Shown here: positions 1-8,834 of the stretch, piece by piece
How the letters are laid out: each line of letters opens with the position of its first letter
How positions within the stretch are numbered: the first letter of the stretch is position 1
Origin: an uncultured Candidatus Saccharibacteria bacterium
GTDB taxonomy: Bacteria > Patescibacteriota > Minisyncoccia > Phycocordibacterales > SBAW01
Reading direction: 5' to 3'
Length of the DNA stretch: 64,000 bases
Assembly: GCA_964615415.1 (NCBI GenBank)
Contig: CAZTNI010000002.1
Span: forward strand, 190,745-254,744
Notes under the pieces: generated by a model
What the model was told of the DNA's origin: nothing
The model's input: only the letters and a program-made list of their open reading frames with translations
The model's database searches: none
Program-made: the position numbers and the translations under genes

Positions 1-92
1 GCAGAGGCGGCACCACGTCTGCCGCACTGGCGAGAGAGGTCCCAAAAGCGAGCATGCCCCCAAGGGCAATGATCGTGCGCTTCAGAATCATC
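1..92 (-). CDS. Partial CDS: N-terminus of a secreted protein whose gene continues past the window start. Reverse complement reads MILKRTIIALGGMLAFGTSLASAADVVPP..., a signal-peptide-like start.
   Basis: ATG is the reverse complement of 90-92, preceded by GGAAGGA Shine-Dalgarno-like sequence. Hydrophobic signal-like N-terminus. Truncated by the window edge. Confidence 0.3.
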
Positions 93-238
93 TGAAATCC
101 TTCCTGTAATGTGCTGCCTGCCACTGTGGCGAGGTCATAGGACAATATAATTAAACATAGGAAATGTCAAGTATGGCTCTACTGTAAGAAAAGGGGGTAC
201 TATAAGGTCATATAAGGTAATAACAGCCCGTTTTATAT

Positions 239-1186
239 ATGGACAAACCTAAGACAACCCCGAAGGATTTCTTTTTGTGGGCGGGTGCTATGATCGCACT
301 CTATGCAAGTATTATTGCGTTTATTTCGCTGTACTTTAACTATATAAACTACGCGTTTCCAGACCCAGTGCGCGACGGTTACTACTACGGTTCCAGTGAT
401 CCATACCAAGGTGGTATCAGCTACGCGATGGCGACACTCATCGTGCTCACCCCGGTCTTCCTCGTTTTGATGCGTCTTATTCGTCGCGATATGCAGCGTG
501 ACTCGTCTCGTCGCGACATCTGGGTACGCCGTTGGGCGCTCTTCCTGACGCTCTTTGTTGCAGGGATCACGATCGTTGTTGATCTTATTACACTCCTCTA
601 CACCTTCCTCTCCGGCGGCGACCTTACCCTCGCGTTCTTGCTCAAGGTACTTGTCGTCTTGTTGGTAGCAAGTGCGGGCTTTATGCACTTCCTTGCAGAC
701 CTTTGGGGCTACTGGGTGCAATTCCCAAATCGTGCAAAGATGATCGGCTACGGTGTCGGGGTGCTTGTGGTCGTTAGTATCGTGGCAGGATTCTTTATCA
801 TCGGAACTCCCGGCGAGGCTCGCCAGTATCGGCTTGATGATCAACGTGTGCAAGACCTTTCCTCGCTCCAGTCACAAATACTCTCGTTCTACCAGCAAAA
901 GCAGGTTTTGCCAGGTTCACTCTCACAACTTGCTGACCCAACGCTGTACTACAACGTACCGGTTGACCCTCAAACAGGGGCAGCGTACGAATATCGTAAA
1001 ACTGCCGACCTGGGCTTTGAACTTTGTGCAACATTTGCGCGCGAAACACGCAATCGTGTGGTGACAGGCATGACTGTGCCGGAAAGTTACGGTATTAAGG
1101 GTGATACTAACTGGCAGCACGACGCGGGTCGCACCTGTTTTGTCCGCTCGATCGACCCAGACTTCTTTCCTCCAATAAAACGCTAA
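239..1186 (+). CDS. Hypothetical membrane protein with about 4 N-terminal TM helices and a soluble C-terminal domain
   Basis: 315-aa ORF. Hydrophobic helices in the first ~190 residues. Antisense ORF 233..853 rejected. Confidence 0.6.
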   Translation: MDKPKTTPKDFFLWAGAMIALYASIIAFISLYFNYINYAFPDPVRDGYYYGSSDPYQGGISYAMATLIVLTPVFLVLMRLIRRDMQRDSSRRDIWVRRWALFLTLFVAGITIVVDLITLLYTFLSGGDLTLAFLLKVLVVLLVASAGFMHFLADLWGYWVQFPNRAKMIGYGVGVLVVVSIVAGFFIIGTPGEARQYRLDDQRVQDLSSLQSQILSFYQQKQVLPGSLSQLADPTLYYNVPVDPQTGAAYEYRKTADLGFELCATFARETRNRVVTGMTVPESYGIKGDTNWQHDAGRTCFVRSIDPDFFPPIKR

Positions 1187-1191
1187 CACAC

Positions 1192-1623
1192 ATGAGCGAA
1201 GAGGTGTCTCGGCCTAAGGTAGGCGTGGGTGTGTGGATCTTCAAAGACGGAAAACTGCTCCTCGGTAAGCGTAAAGGCTCCCACGGCGAAGGACTCTATT
1301 CGAGTCCTGGCGGCCACTTAGAATTTGGCGAGACACTTGAAGAGTGTGCTGCCCGAGAGACGAAAGAAGAGACCGGGATGGAGATAGAAAATATTCGCTT
1401 ACTGTGCGTAAGCAATATTCTTGCATGGGAAGGTAAGCACTATGTCGATATAGGCATGGTTGCAGACTGGAAATCTGGCGAGCCAGAGGTGCTTGAGCCG
1501 CAGAAGTGCGAGGGATGGGACTGGTACGACATCGACAATCTCCCTGAACCGCAATTTGAGTCAGTGCAGCACTATAAAGAGTCTCTTAAAACAGGAAAAA
1601 TCTACCACGGCACGATTCGCTAG
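1192..1623 (+). CDS. NUDIX hydrolase
   Basis: Canonical Nudix box GHLEFGETLEECAARETKEETGM, matching GX5EX7REUXEEXGU. 143 aa. Confidence 0.85.
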   Translation: MSEEVSRPKVGVGVWIFKDGKLLLGKRKGSHGEGLYSSPGGHLEFGETLEECAARETKEETGMEIENIRLLCVSNILAWEGKHYVDIGMVADWKSGEPEVLEPQKCEGWDWYDIDNLPEPQFESVQHYKESLKTGKIYHGTIR

Positions 1624-1898
1624 TGCGAGTGCGAATGTTTTTCTTTTTGGTTTAAACGCCAACGCTGGTAGAGAAGGACATACCACATGAGCGAGCTTGC
1701 AGCACAGCCGATAGCGGATTGCCAAAGGTTAAGTGTGGAAAACGTGTAGGCAAGAATAGTTGCACTTACTGCCGTAAGCAAAGCCGACCAGAATGCCGGC
1801 TTGTGTGTTTTATGGATGACTGTAGGCACTAACGCTGCTACGAACACCCACTGAATTATCGCGATGACCCAGTCTTGCCACATATATAACGGAAGCAT
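1620..1898 (-). CDS. Small hypothetical membrane protein
   Basis: 92-aa ORF with 2-3 hydrophobic helices. Sits in the gap between the NUDIX gene and leuS, convergent with NUDIX. Confidence 0.4.
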   Translation of the reverse strand: MLPLYMWQDWVIAIIQWVFVAALVPTVIHKTHKPAFWSALLTAVSATILAYTFSTLNLWQSAIGCAASSLMWYVLLYQRWRLNQKEKHSHSH

Positions 1899-1942
1899 AG
1901 CATAGTTTTCTTTTTGAAAAACTGTGGTATTTTAGTAGCAAC

Positions 1943-4903
1943 ATGAAGGGTGCTTACGATCACAAAAAGATCGAAAAGAAGTGGCAAAAAGTCTGGGAAG
2001 ACACTGCTGCATTTACAGCCTCAAACGACTCTACAAAAGAAAAGCACTACGTCCTCGACATGTTTCCGTATCCTTCTGGAAGCGGGCTCCATGTGGGCCA
2101 TGTTGAGGGGTACACCGCAACCGACATTTACAGTCGCTACAAGCGCATGCGGGGTTATAACGTGCTCCACCCGATGGGTTGGGACGCATTTGGCTTGCCG
2201 GCGGAAAACTATGCTATTAAAACTGGCGTTGCGCCGCAAAAAACGACCGACGATGCTATAGAAAATTTTCGTAAGCAAATTAAGTCGCTCGGACTTTCCT
2301 ACGACTGGTCACGCGAGGTGGGCACGCACACGCCCGAGTACTACAAGTGGACGCAGTGGTTCTTTTTAACACTCTACAAAAACGGCTTTGCGGAAAAGCG
2401 CATGGCAAAGGTGAATTGGTGCCCAAAGGACCAAACCGTGCTTGCAAACGAACAGACGGTTTCCGAAACTGGCGAGAAGGGTGTCTGTGTTCGCTGTGGT
2501 ACTAAGGTGGTACAGAAAGATCTCTCGCAGTGGTTTTTCAAAATCACAGACTTCGCAGACCAGCTTGTTGATGACTTAGACACGGTCGACTGGCCTGAGT
2601 CGACGAAAATCAACCAGCGCAACTGGATCGGGCGCTCTGAAGGCGCGGAGATAGATTTTACTGTTGCCAGTTCGGGAGAAAAGATAAAAGTATTTACAAC
2701 ACGTCCAGATACCATCTTCGGGGCGACGTACATGGTGCTTGCGCCTGAACACTCTCTTGTCACAGCACTTGCTGATCGTTTGCAAAACAAAGACGAGGTG
2801 TTTGCATACGTCGAGGCAGCAAAAAATAAGACTGACCTGGAGCGCCAAGAAGAGAGTAAAGACAAAACAGGCGTTGAACTGAAAGGAGTTAAGGCGGTTA
2901 ATCCTGCCACTAAAGAGGAGATCCCAGTATTTATTGCCGACTACGTGCTCGGTGGCTACGGCACAGGCGCCATTATGGCCGTACCTGCACACGACGAGCG
3001 CGACTTTGCCTTTGCAAAGAAATTTAACTTGCCGATCAAATATGTCGTGCTTCCAAAACGCATTGATGAGCGCAATCCGCATCAGCCGGGAAAAGAGCTG
3101 GTTTTTAGAAAGGTAATATCAGGCATCATCCGCAACCCTAAAACCGGTAAATATTTGGTATTGAACTGGAAGCAGCAGCCATGGACCACATTTGTTGTGG
3201 GCGGTATGGAAGAGGGAGAAACTCCGGAAGAAGCTGCACGCCGAGAAATTGCCGAAGAAACAGGTTATAAAAACTTAAAGCTTGTTCGTGTAATGGGCGG
3301 CCCGACGTATGCGGAATACTACGCTGCCCATAAAGGAGTAAACCGTAACGTGCACAATTGGCTAGTATTGTTTGAGCTTGAGAATGAAGAGAAAGATGAA
3401 CTCTCTGCAGAGGAGGCCGCAATGCACGAACTTGAGTGGGTAGATCTCTCTACCATTACCCGCGACCGCATGGCCCACGCAGAGCTAGACATCATGCTTG
3501 AGCGTATCCAATCTGCAACAAATGATTTGTATACTCGACCAGGTATTTTGATAGATTCAGGGGCGTTTTCAGGCCTCGATTCCGAAGACGCAAAGAAAAA
3601 AATCACTGAAGCAGTGGGTGGAAAGATGGTAAAGACCTATCGCTTGCGCGACTGGCTTATTTCTCGCCAGCGTTACTGGGGTGCTCCTATACCGGTTGTG
3701 TACGACCCTGAAGGGAAGCCACATCCAGTACCGGAGGAACACTTGCCTTGGCTCTTACCAACAGACGTCGACTACCTGCCACACGGCACTTCGCCGCTTG
3801 CAACATCGAAAGAGTTGCTTGAGCGCACGGAAAAGATTTTTGGTAAGGGGTGGAAGCCCGAGGCAGATACTATGGATACATTTGTATGCTCGTCGTGGTA
3901 CTTCTTCCGCTTTGCCGACCCGCACAATAAAGATGCTTTTTCAGGCAGAGAGGCTCTTAAGAAATGGATGCCGGTAGACCTTTACATGGGAGGCGCTGAA
4001 CACACGGTGCTGCACCTTATGTATGCTCGTTTCTTTACCAAAGTGCTGCAAAAGTTAGGGTATATCAATTTTACAGAGCCGTTTACTAAGCTGCGTCACC
4101 AGGGACTTATTTTGGCAGAGGATGGCAGCAAGATGTCGAAGTCGAAGGGTAACGTTATTAACCCTGACGACGTAGTGGATACGTTTGGGGCAGACTCTGT
4201 GCGCATGTACGAGATGTTTATGGGTCCGCTTGAGGCACAAAAACCATGGAGTACATCGAGCATCATGGGCGTACGACGCTTCCTTGAACGCGCGTGGAAG
4301 TACACTACAGAAATATGGTTAGAAAATTATATTAAAGATATTAAAGAAAATCCTCAGAATGCGATTGAATATGAAAAAAATGGCTGGAATCCTAAGTTAG
4401 AGAATGAACTTCAGGCGCTGATTTTGAAAGTGACTAACGACATTGAGAGTTTAAAGTTCAACACAGCGTTGTCGGCTTTAATGATCTATCTCAATCTTGT
4501 TTACGAAGAAACCAAACTTCGAACTTATTCTGGCACAGAAGCGACAATGTCTAAGTCAACACAAATGACTAAAGGTCAGTTAGAAACATTTATAAAACTC
4601 CTTAGTCCTTTCGCCCCCCATATTGCCGCCGAAATGTGGGAAAGTATTGGTAATACCAGTCATGTATGGGCCGAAACTTGGCCAGTTGCCGATGCTTCAA
4701 AACTTGCTTCAGCTATGGTTACTATAGCCGTACAGGTAAACGGCAAAATGCGCGCCACTATTGAAATCCCTGCCGACATGAGCGAAGAAGAGGCTCTAAA
4801 GACAGCTCGTTCGAACGAGCAAGTGGCGAAGTGGATTGGACAAGGGAAGGAAAAAAGGGCAGTATACGTGCCAAGTAAGATCATCAGTTTCGTTGTGGAA
4901 TAG
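1943..4903 (+). CDS. leuS: Leucyl-tRNA synthetase carrying an inserted NUDIX hydrolase domain after the CP1 editing domain
   Basis: HIGH motif HVGHVEGY and KMSKS motif KMSKSKGN. Editing-domain motif TTRPDTIFGATYMVLAPEH. Conserved RLRDWLISRQRYWGAPIP. 986 aa versus about 860 typical. Extra ~140 aa contain a perfect Nudix box GGMEEGETPEEAARREIAEETGY. Confidence 0.95.
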   Translation: MKGAYDHKKIEKKWQKVWEDTAAFTASNDSTKEKHYVLDMFPYPSGSGLHVGHVEGYTATDIYSRYKRMRGYNVLHPMGWDAFGLPAENYAIKTGVAPQKTTDDAIENFRKQIKSLGLSYDWSREVGTHTPEYYKWTQWFFLTLYKNGFAEKRMAKVNWCPKDQTVLANEQTVSETGEKGVCVRCGTKVVQKDLSQWFFKITDFADQLVDDLDTVDWPESTKINQRNWIGRSEGAEIDFTVASSGEKIKVFTTRPDTIFGATYMVLAPEHSLVTALADRLQNKDEVFAYVEAAKNKTDLERQEESKDKTGVELKGVKAVNPATKEEIPVFIADYVLGGYGTGAIMAVPAHDERDFAFAKKFNLPIKYVVLPKRIDERNPHQPGKELVFRKVISGIIRNPKTGKYLVLNWKQQPWTTFVVGGMEEGETPEEAARREIAEETGYKNLKLVRVMGGPTYAEYYAAHKGVNRNVHNWLVLFELENEEKDELSAEEAAMHELEWVDLSTITRDRMAHAELDIMLERIQSATNDLYTRPGILIDSGAFSGLDSEDAKKKITEAVGGKMVKTYRLRDWLISRQRYWGAPIPVVYDPEGKPHPVPEEHLPWLLPTDVDYLPHGTSPLATSKELLERTEKIFGKGWKPEADTMDTFVCSSWYFFRFADPHNKDAFSGREALKKWMPVDLYMGGAEHTVLHLMYARFFTKVLQKLGYINFTEPFTKLRHQGLILAEDGSKMSKSKGNVINPDDVVDTFGADSVRMYEMFMGPLEAQKPWSTSSIMGVRRFLERAWKYTTEIWLENYIKDIKENPQNAIEYEKNGWNPKLENELQALILKVTNDIESLKFNTALSALMIYLNLVYEETKLRTYSGTEATMSKSTQMTKGQLETFIKLLSPFAPHIAAEMWESIGNTSHVWAETWPVADASKLASAMVTIAVQVNGKMRATIEIPADMSEEEALKTARSNEQVAKWIGQGKEKRAVYVPSKIISFVVE

Positions 4904-4917
4904 GGTTAGGCAAGGAT

Positions 4918-4945
4918 TTGACAGGAAAATAGTGTATGATATATT
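4918..4945 (+). promoter_or_regulatory. Sigma-70-like promoter: TTGACA, 16-nt spacer, TATATT, upstream of the 4964 gene
   Basis: ttgacaggaaaatagtgtatgatatatt read directly. About 18 nt upstream of the ATG, giving a short leader. Confidence 0.4.
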
Positions 4946-4963
4946 AGAACACACATTATTTAT

Positions 4964-6007
4964 ATGCCACAAACAGCGGACAAAACAGGCTTTAAGCCTA
5001 AAGCAATCGTTAAAAAGCTCCTAACCTCGCTCCCTGAGCGCTCTCGAACCGTTCTCGAGGCTCGCTTCGGTTTGGGGACCTCAGCAGAGCGTGTAACGCT
5101 CGAATCTATTGGTAAGAAGTGGGGTATTACCCGTGAGCGTGTCCGCCAGATCGAAAACCATGCCCTTGCAGCACTTAAGAAGTCTCCTGCGTTTGGCGAG
5201 GCAGAAAGCGCATTCAAAGAGCTTGAACGCATTGTCGACTCTCTTGGTGGCATCGTATGCGAGTCTGACCTCCTTAACTTTATTACGAAGGACCAGAGCA
5301 TGCAGAACCACATTTACTTCCTTTTGGTACTTGGCGATCCGTTCAAATATCGCAAGGAGGATGATGAGGTTGAGCGTTGTTGGTATGTAGACCCAGGACT
5401 TGCAGAGAAGGTTGAAGGTGCACTTAAAAACCTCTACGCAGGCCTTTCAGACGAAGATCTTATTCCAGAAGGTGAGATGATCGATCGTTTCCTGAAAGAA
5501 CTCCAAGACATTAACGACAAGCACCGTAACGACGAAGTCTTGAAGCGTTGGCTTTCTATCTCTAAGAAAATCGGTAAGAATCCGCTTGGCGAGTGGGGTC
5601 ATGCAGTATCTCCGAACGTGAAGACCAAAGGTGTTCGCGACTACGCATACTTGGCAGTAAAGAAACACGGATCGCCGCTCCACTTCCGCGAGGTTGCAAA
5701 ACTTATTGAAAAAATGTTTAACCGTGCTGCACATGTAGCAACCACCCACAACGAGCTTATTAAGGACGAACGCTTTGTACTTGTAGGTCGCGGTATGTAT
5801 GCACTTAAAGAGTGGGGCTATGCTTCAGGCGTTGTGCGCGACGTTATCCGCAACGTGCTTCGCGATAACGGCCCTCTCACAAAAGATCAGATTATTGAAA
5901 AAGTGCTTAAGGAGCGCCACGTAAAACCAGGAACGATTGTCGTAAACCTCCAAAATCAGAAATATTTCAAGCGAGGTAAGGACGGTAAATTTGTCCTCGT
6001 AAAGTAA
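4964..6007 (+). CDS. DNA-binding protein with an N-terminal sigma-70 region-4 HTH and a C-terminal HARE-HTH-like winged helix. Not a complete sigma factor.
   Basis: N-terminus LPERSRTVLEARFGLGTSAERVTLESIGKKWGITRERVRQIENHALAALKK is a textbook sigma-70 region 4.2. No region 2 or 3 motifs. C-terminal DYAYLAVKKHGSPLHFREVAKLIEKMF...FVLVGRGMYALKEW matches the HARE-HTH pattern of RpoE delta. Confidence 0.7.
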   Translation: MPQTADKTGFKPKAIVKKLLTSLPERSRTVLEARFGLGTSAERVTLESIGKKWGITRERVRQIENHALAALKKSPAFGEAESAFKELERIVDSLGGIVCESDLLNFITKDQSMQNHIYFLLVLGDPFKYRKEDDEVERCWYVDPGLAEKVEGALKNLYAGLSDEDLIPEGEMIDRFLKELQDINDKHRNDEVLKRWLSISKKIGKNPLGEWGHAVSPNVKTKGVRDYAYLAVKKHGSPLHFREVAKLIEKMFNRAAHVATTHNELIKDERFVLVGRGMYALKEWGYASGVVRDVIRNVLRDNGPLTKDQIIEKVLKERHVKPGTIVVNLQNQKYFKRGKDGKFVLVK

Positions 6008-6010
6008 ATT

Positions 6011-6041
6011 AAAAAACTCCACGACCAGCGTGGAGTTTTTT
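6011..6041. terminator. Bidirectional intrinsic terminator between convergent genes
   Basis: aaaaaaCTCCACGaccagCGTGGAGtttttt. 7-bp GC stem flanked by an A-run and a T-run. Confidence 0.7.
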
Positions 6042-6285
6042 AATATCCAAAAAAATTAGCGGCGGCACGTATAGCAAGCCAAGCAAAAAACAACACAACA
6101 AGCCAGGAAAGCCCCCAGATCATACTCGTGCGAGAATGCTCCTGATGCTCATCATGGCCGTGCGCATTCACGTAGCCAATAAATCCCCACGCATAAAACA
6201 AAAACGCGATAGCAGCGCAGACACTAAGAAAAATTACCATCGCGGCAAACGGATTTGATACCAGTGCGTTGATAAACGCTTCCAT
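6040..6285 (-). CDS. Small hypothetical membrane protein with a His-rich loop
   Basis: 81 aa with two hydrophobic helices and an HGHDEHQEH segment. Confidence 0.45.
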   Translation of the reverse strand: MEAFINALVSNPFAAMVIFLSVCAAIAFLFYAWGFIGYVNAHGHDEHQEHSRTSMIWGLSWLVVLFFAWLAIRAAANFFGY

Positions 6286-6287
6286 AT

Positions 6288-7721
6288 GTGCTGTATACTA
6301 TAGCACGTATGGCAAGTCACGGAGGAGGCAAGAAAGGCTTCTTTGGAAAAATTTTTAGTACCCTGTCGCATCATGGCGCCCACGAGTTCGGTACGTATCT
6401 TACTAAGTGGGGAGTCGAAACTATTGCGTTTACTCCGCCGCTCTTGTTGCTACTTATTGTATCTGCCTACGCAGTAGACCCTGCGTCTCTGTATGCAGTC
6501 ACCACTGCAATTGCGGCTTTGTCGCCCCTCTGGCTTCCACTCTTTTTGGGACGTTACTTTTGGATCATGTGGATGCACTACATTCGCTTTATATTCCTGT
6601 TTGCTCCTCCTCAACGACAGGTGCTTCTCGAGATTCAGCTTCCTGCAGAGGTAACCAAGTCGCCGCAAGCAATGGAGGTATTTTTGACCGCGCTCCACAA
6701 CTCTTCAGGAGAAGCAACCTTCATTGCTCGTATTTGGAAAGGACAGTTTCGTGCTACATGGTCGCTTGAAATAGCGTGCAACGAGGGACGCATAGGTTTC
6801 TATATCCGCTTACGCGAGTCGCAACGCAACGTCACTGAAGCACGCCTCTATGGCCAATATCCTGAAGCAAAAATTATAGAAGTGGAAGACTATGTCGACC
6901 GCGTCCCGTATAACACTGAAGAATACAACTTATTTGGGACAGAATTTAAAAAAACATCTGAGCCTCAAGCATTACCTATTAAAACCTATCCAGATTTTAA
7001 GTTGGATATGAATACGGACACGCCGGAAATCCAAGTTGATCCTATTACGCACATCCTCGAACTCTTTAATACAGTAGGGCCAGGCGAATTCATGTGGTTG
7101 CAAATCATTATGAAGGCGCGTAAGCAGGATGAATGGTATGGTTTTTATACGAAAGCGAATACATGGGCAGACCCAGCTAAAGCAAAAATAAAAGAGCTTA
7201 TGGCTGGCGCTGCGAAGCGTGCTCAGGATGTCCTGAAACAATCTGAGGTAGTAGAAGGGAAAATGAATGCTCTTCTTACTGATACGGAAAAGAAAACGGT
7301 TGAATCTATTGAAAAACAGCTCAATCGTTTGGTATTTGAATGCGGTATTCGTGCTATCTATGTAGGAAAGAAAGACAAGTTTACCGGTGCTAAAATTCCA
7401 TCACTCGTGAACGTCTTTCATGCAGTACGTACTGCACAACAAGGTATTGGCGTAACTCGTGGCTTGGTGCCGTACAACTATCCATGGCAAGACTATAAAG
7501 AGATTCTTAAAAATCGCGAACGCCGCAAGCAGTTCTTTTTCTATAAGCACCGCGCCTATTTTTATGTGCCGTATGACCAAGTGCCGGTGTTTATGACGCC
7601 AGAAGAACTTGCCACTATTTGGCACTTCCCAAGTTCAGTCGTGAAAACTCCGAGTCTTAATCGTGTTGAGTCTCGTCGCGCGGAAGCTCCAGCTAACCTA
7701 CCACTCGGTCCGCAGCTCTAA
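6288..7721 (+). CDS. Hypothetical membrane protein. Two N-terminal TM helices and a large soluble domain. No family recognised.
   Basis: 477-aa ORF. No Walker or other diagnostic motifs found. A later Met (MASHGG) is a possible alternative start. Confidence 0.6.
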   Translation: MLYTIARMASHGGGKKGFFGKIFSTLSHHGAHEFGTYLTKWGVETIAFTPPLLLLLIVSAYAVDPASLYAVTTAIAALSPLWLPLFLGRYFWIMWMHYIRFIFLFAPPQRQVLLEIQLPAEVTKSPQAMEVFLTALHNSSGEATFIARIWKGQFRATWSLEIACNEGRIGFYIRLRESQRNVTEARLYGQYPEAKIIEVEDYVDRVPYNTEEYNLFGTEFKKTSEPQALPIKTYPDFKLDMNTDTPEIQVDPITHILELFNTVGPGEFMWLQIIMKARKQDEWYGFYTKANTWADPAKAKIKELMAGAAKRAQDVLKQSEVVEGKMNALLTDTEKKTVESIEKQLNRLVFECGIRAIYVGKKDKFTGAKIPSLVNVFHAVRTAQQGIGVTRGLVPYNYPWQDYKEILKNRERRKQFFFYKHRAYFYVPYDQVPVFMTPEELATIWHFPSSVVKTPSLNRVESRRAEAPANLPLGPQL

Positions 7722-7737
7722 GATTATCTTTTTTTGC

Positions 7738-8799
7738 ATGAATATCGACGACAAAGAGCTGGAGGAATTCTTCCGTAAAAAGACAGGCGTGGAGCGCATG
7801 CACGACTTTATTGAGCGTCATGCGCCGCGCGTAGAGAGGTGGATTAAAGAATATCGACTCCACTCGCATGTTATGCCGTACTCTATCTTCGGTGGCTTTA
7901 TTGCTCTTATTATATTCGCTTTACTCTTTGCGTCGCCTCTTTCTTTCCCCGAAGGGTCACTTGTAAAAGTGACTAAGGGTATGACTATAAGCGAAGTTGC
8001 AGAAATTTTGGCCGAAAAGAACCTCGTTAACTCCGCTTTTCTTTTTAAGATTCTTGCCACCATGCACGGCTCTGTGGCAGCGGGCGAGTATGCCTTCACT
8101 ACTAAAGAAAGCGTCGTTAAAATCGCTGCGCGTATGGCGGTAGGAGACTACGAACTGCGCCCCGTGCGCGTCACGGTGTGGGAGGGAGCAACAGCAGCAG
8201 AAATAGCCGCCTTGCTCAAGCGTCGTCTTCCCGATTTTGATACAGAGACATTCTACAAGCTTGCAGTACAAGAAGAAGGGAAATTATTCCCGGATACGTA
8301 CTTTATTTACCCAAACGACGAACCGCAGACAGTACTCGACGTCATGGTAAAAAACTTTAACGAACAGATGAAAGCAGTTGATGTGTCGCTTGCAATAGCC
8401 CAATTTGGCCGACCACTTGAGGAAGTGCTTACGATGGCCTCCTTGCTTGAGCGTGAAGCTGCCGACATGCAAAATCGCCGCATTATTGCCGGATTGCTGT
8501 GGAATCGACTTGCAAACGGCATGGCGCTCCAGGTAGATGCGGCATTTTTATACATTACCGATAGAAACACCTACGAGCTTACGAAAGCTGACTTAGCAAC
8601 CGACTCCCCGTACAATACCTACATTAACAAAGGGTTGCCCCCAGGACCGATTGGTAACCCAAGCATCGAAGCTATTATTGCCGCTGCAACACCTATTGAG
8701 ACAGACTACGTGTTCTACCTTTCTGACCGCACCGGTATTTTGCATTACAGCAAAACATACGATGAGCACCTGCGCCTGAAGGCTCGCTACGTTGACTAG
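7738..8799 (+). CDS. mltG: Endolytic murein transglycosylase MltG (YceG family)
   Basis: Single N-terminal TM. Conserved GLPPGPIGNPS and YVFYLSDRTGILHYSKTYDEH YceG motifs. Start moved to the internal ATG at 7738 because the upstream ORF extension overlaps the preceding gene. Confidence 0.85.
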   Translation: MNIDDKELEEFFRKKTGVERMHDFIERHAPRVERWIKEYRLHSHVMPYSIFGGFIALIIFALLFASPLSFPEGSLVKVTKGMTISEVAEILAEKNLVNSAFLFKILATMHGSVAAGEYAFTTKESVVKIAARMAVGDYELRPVRVTVWEGATAAEIAALLKRRLPDFDTETFYKLAVQEEGKLFPDTYFIYPNDEPQTVLDVMVKNFNEQMKAVDVSLAIAQFGRPLEEVLTMASLLEREAADMQNRRIIAGLLWNRLANGMALQVDAAFLYITDRNTYELTKADLATDSPYNTYINKGLPPGPIGNPSIEAIIAAATPIETDYVFYLSDRTGILHYSKTYDEHLRLKARYVD

Positions 8800-8834
8800 T
8801 TGCGCACCAAGAGTCTGTACGATAGGCTCTTTTT

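Noticed and set aside
233-853. 206-aa antisense ORF overlapping the 239..1186 membrane-protein gene
   Set aside because: Cys/His/Arg-rich unnatural composition. It lies fully inside a + strand ORF that has a coherent TM architecture.
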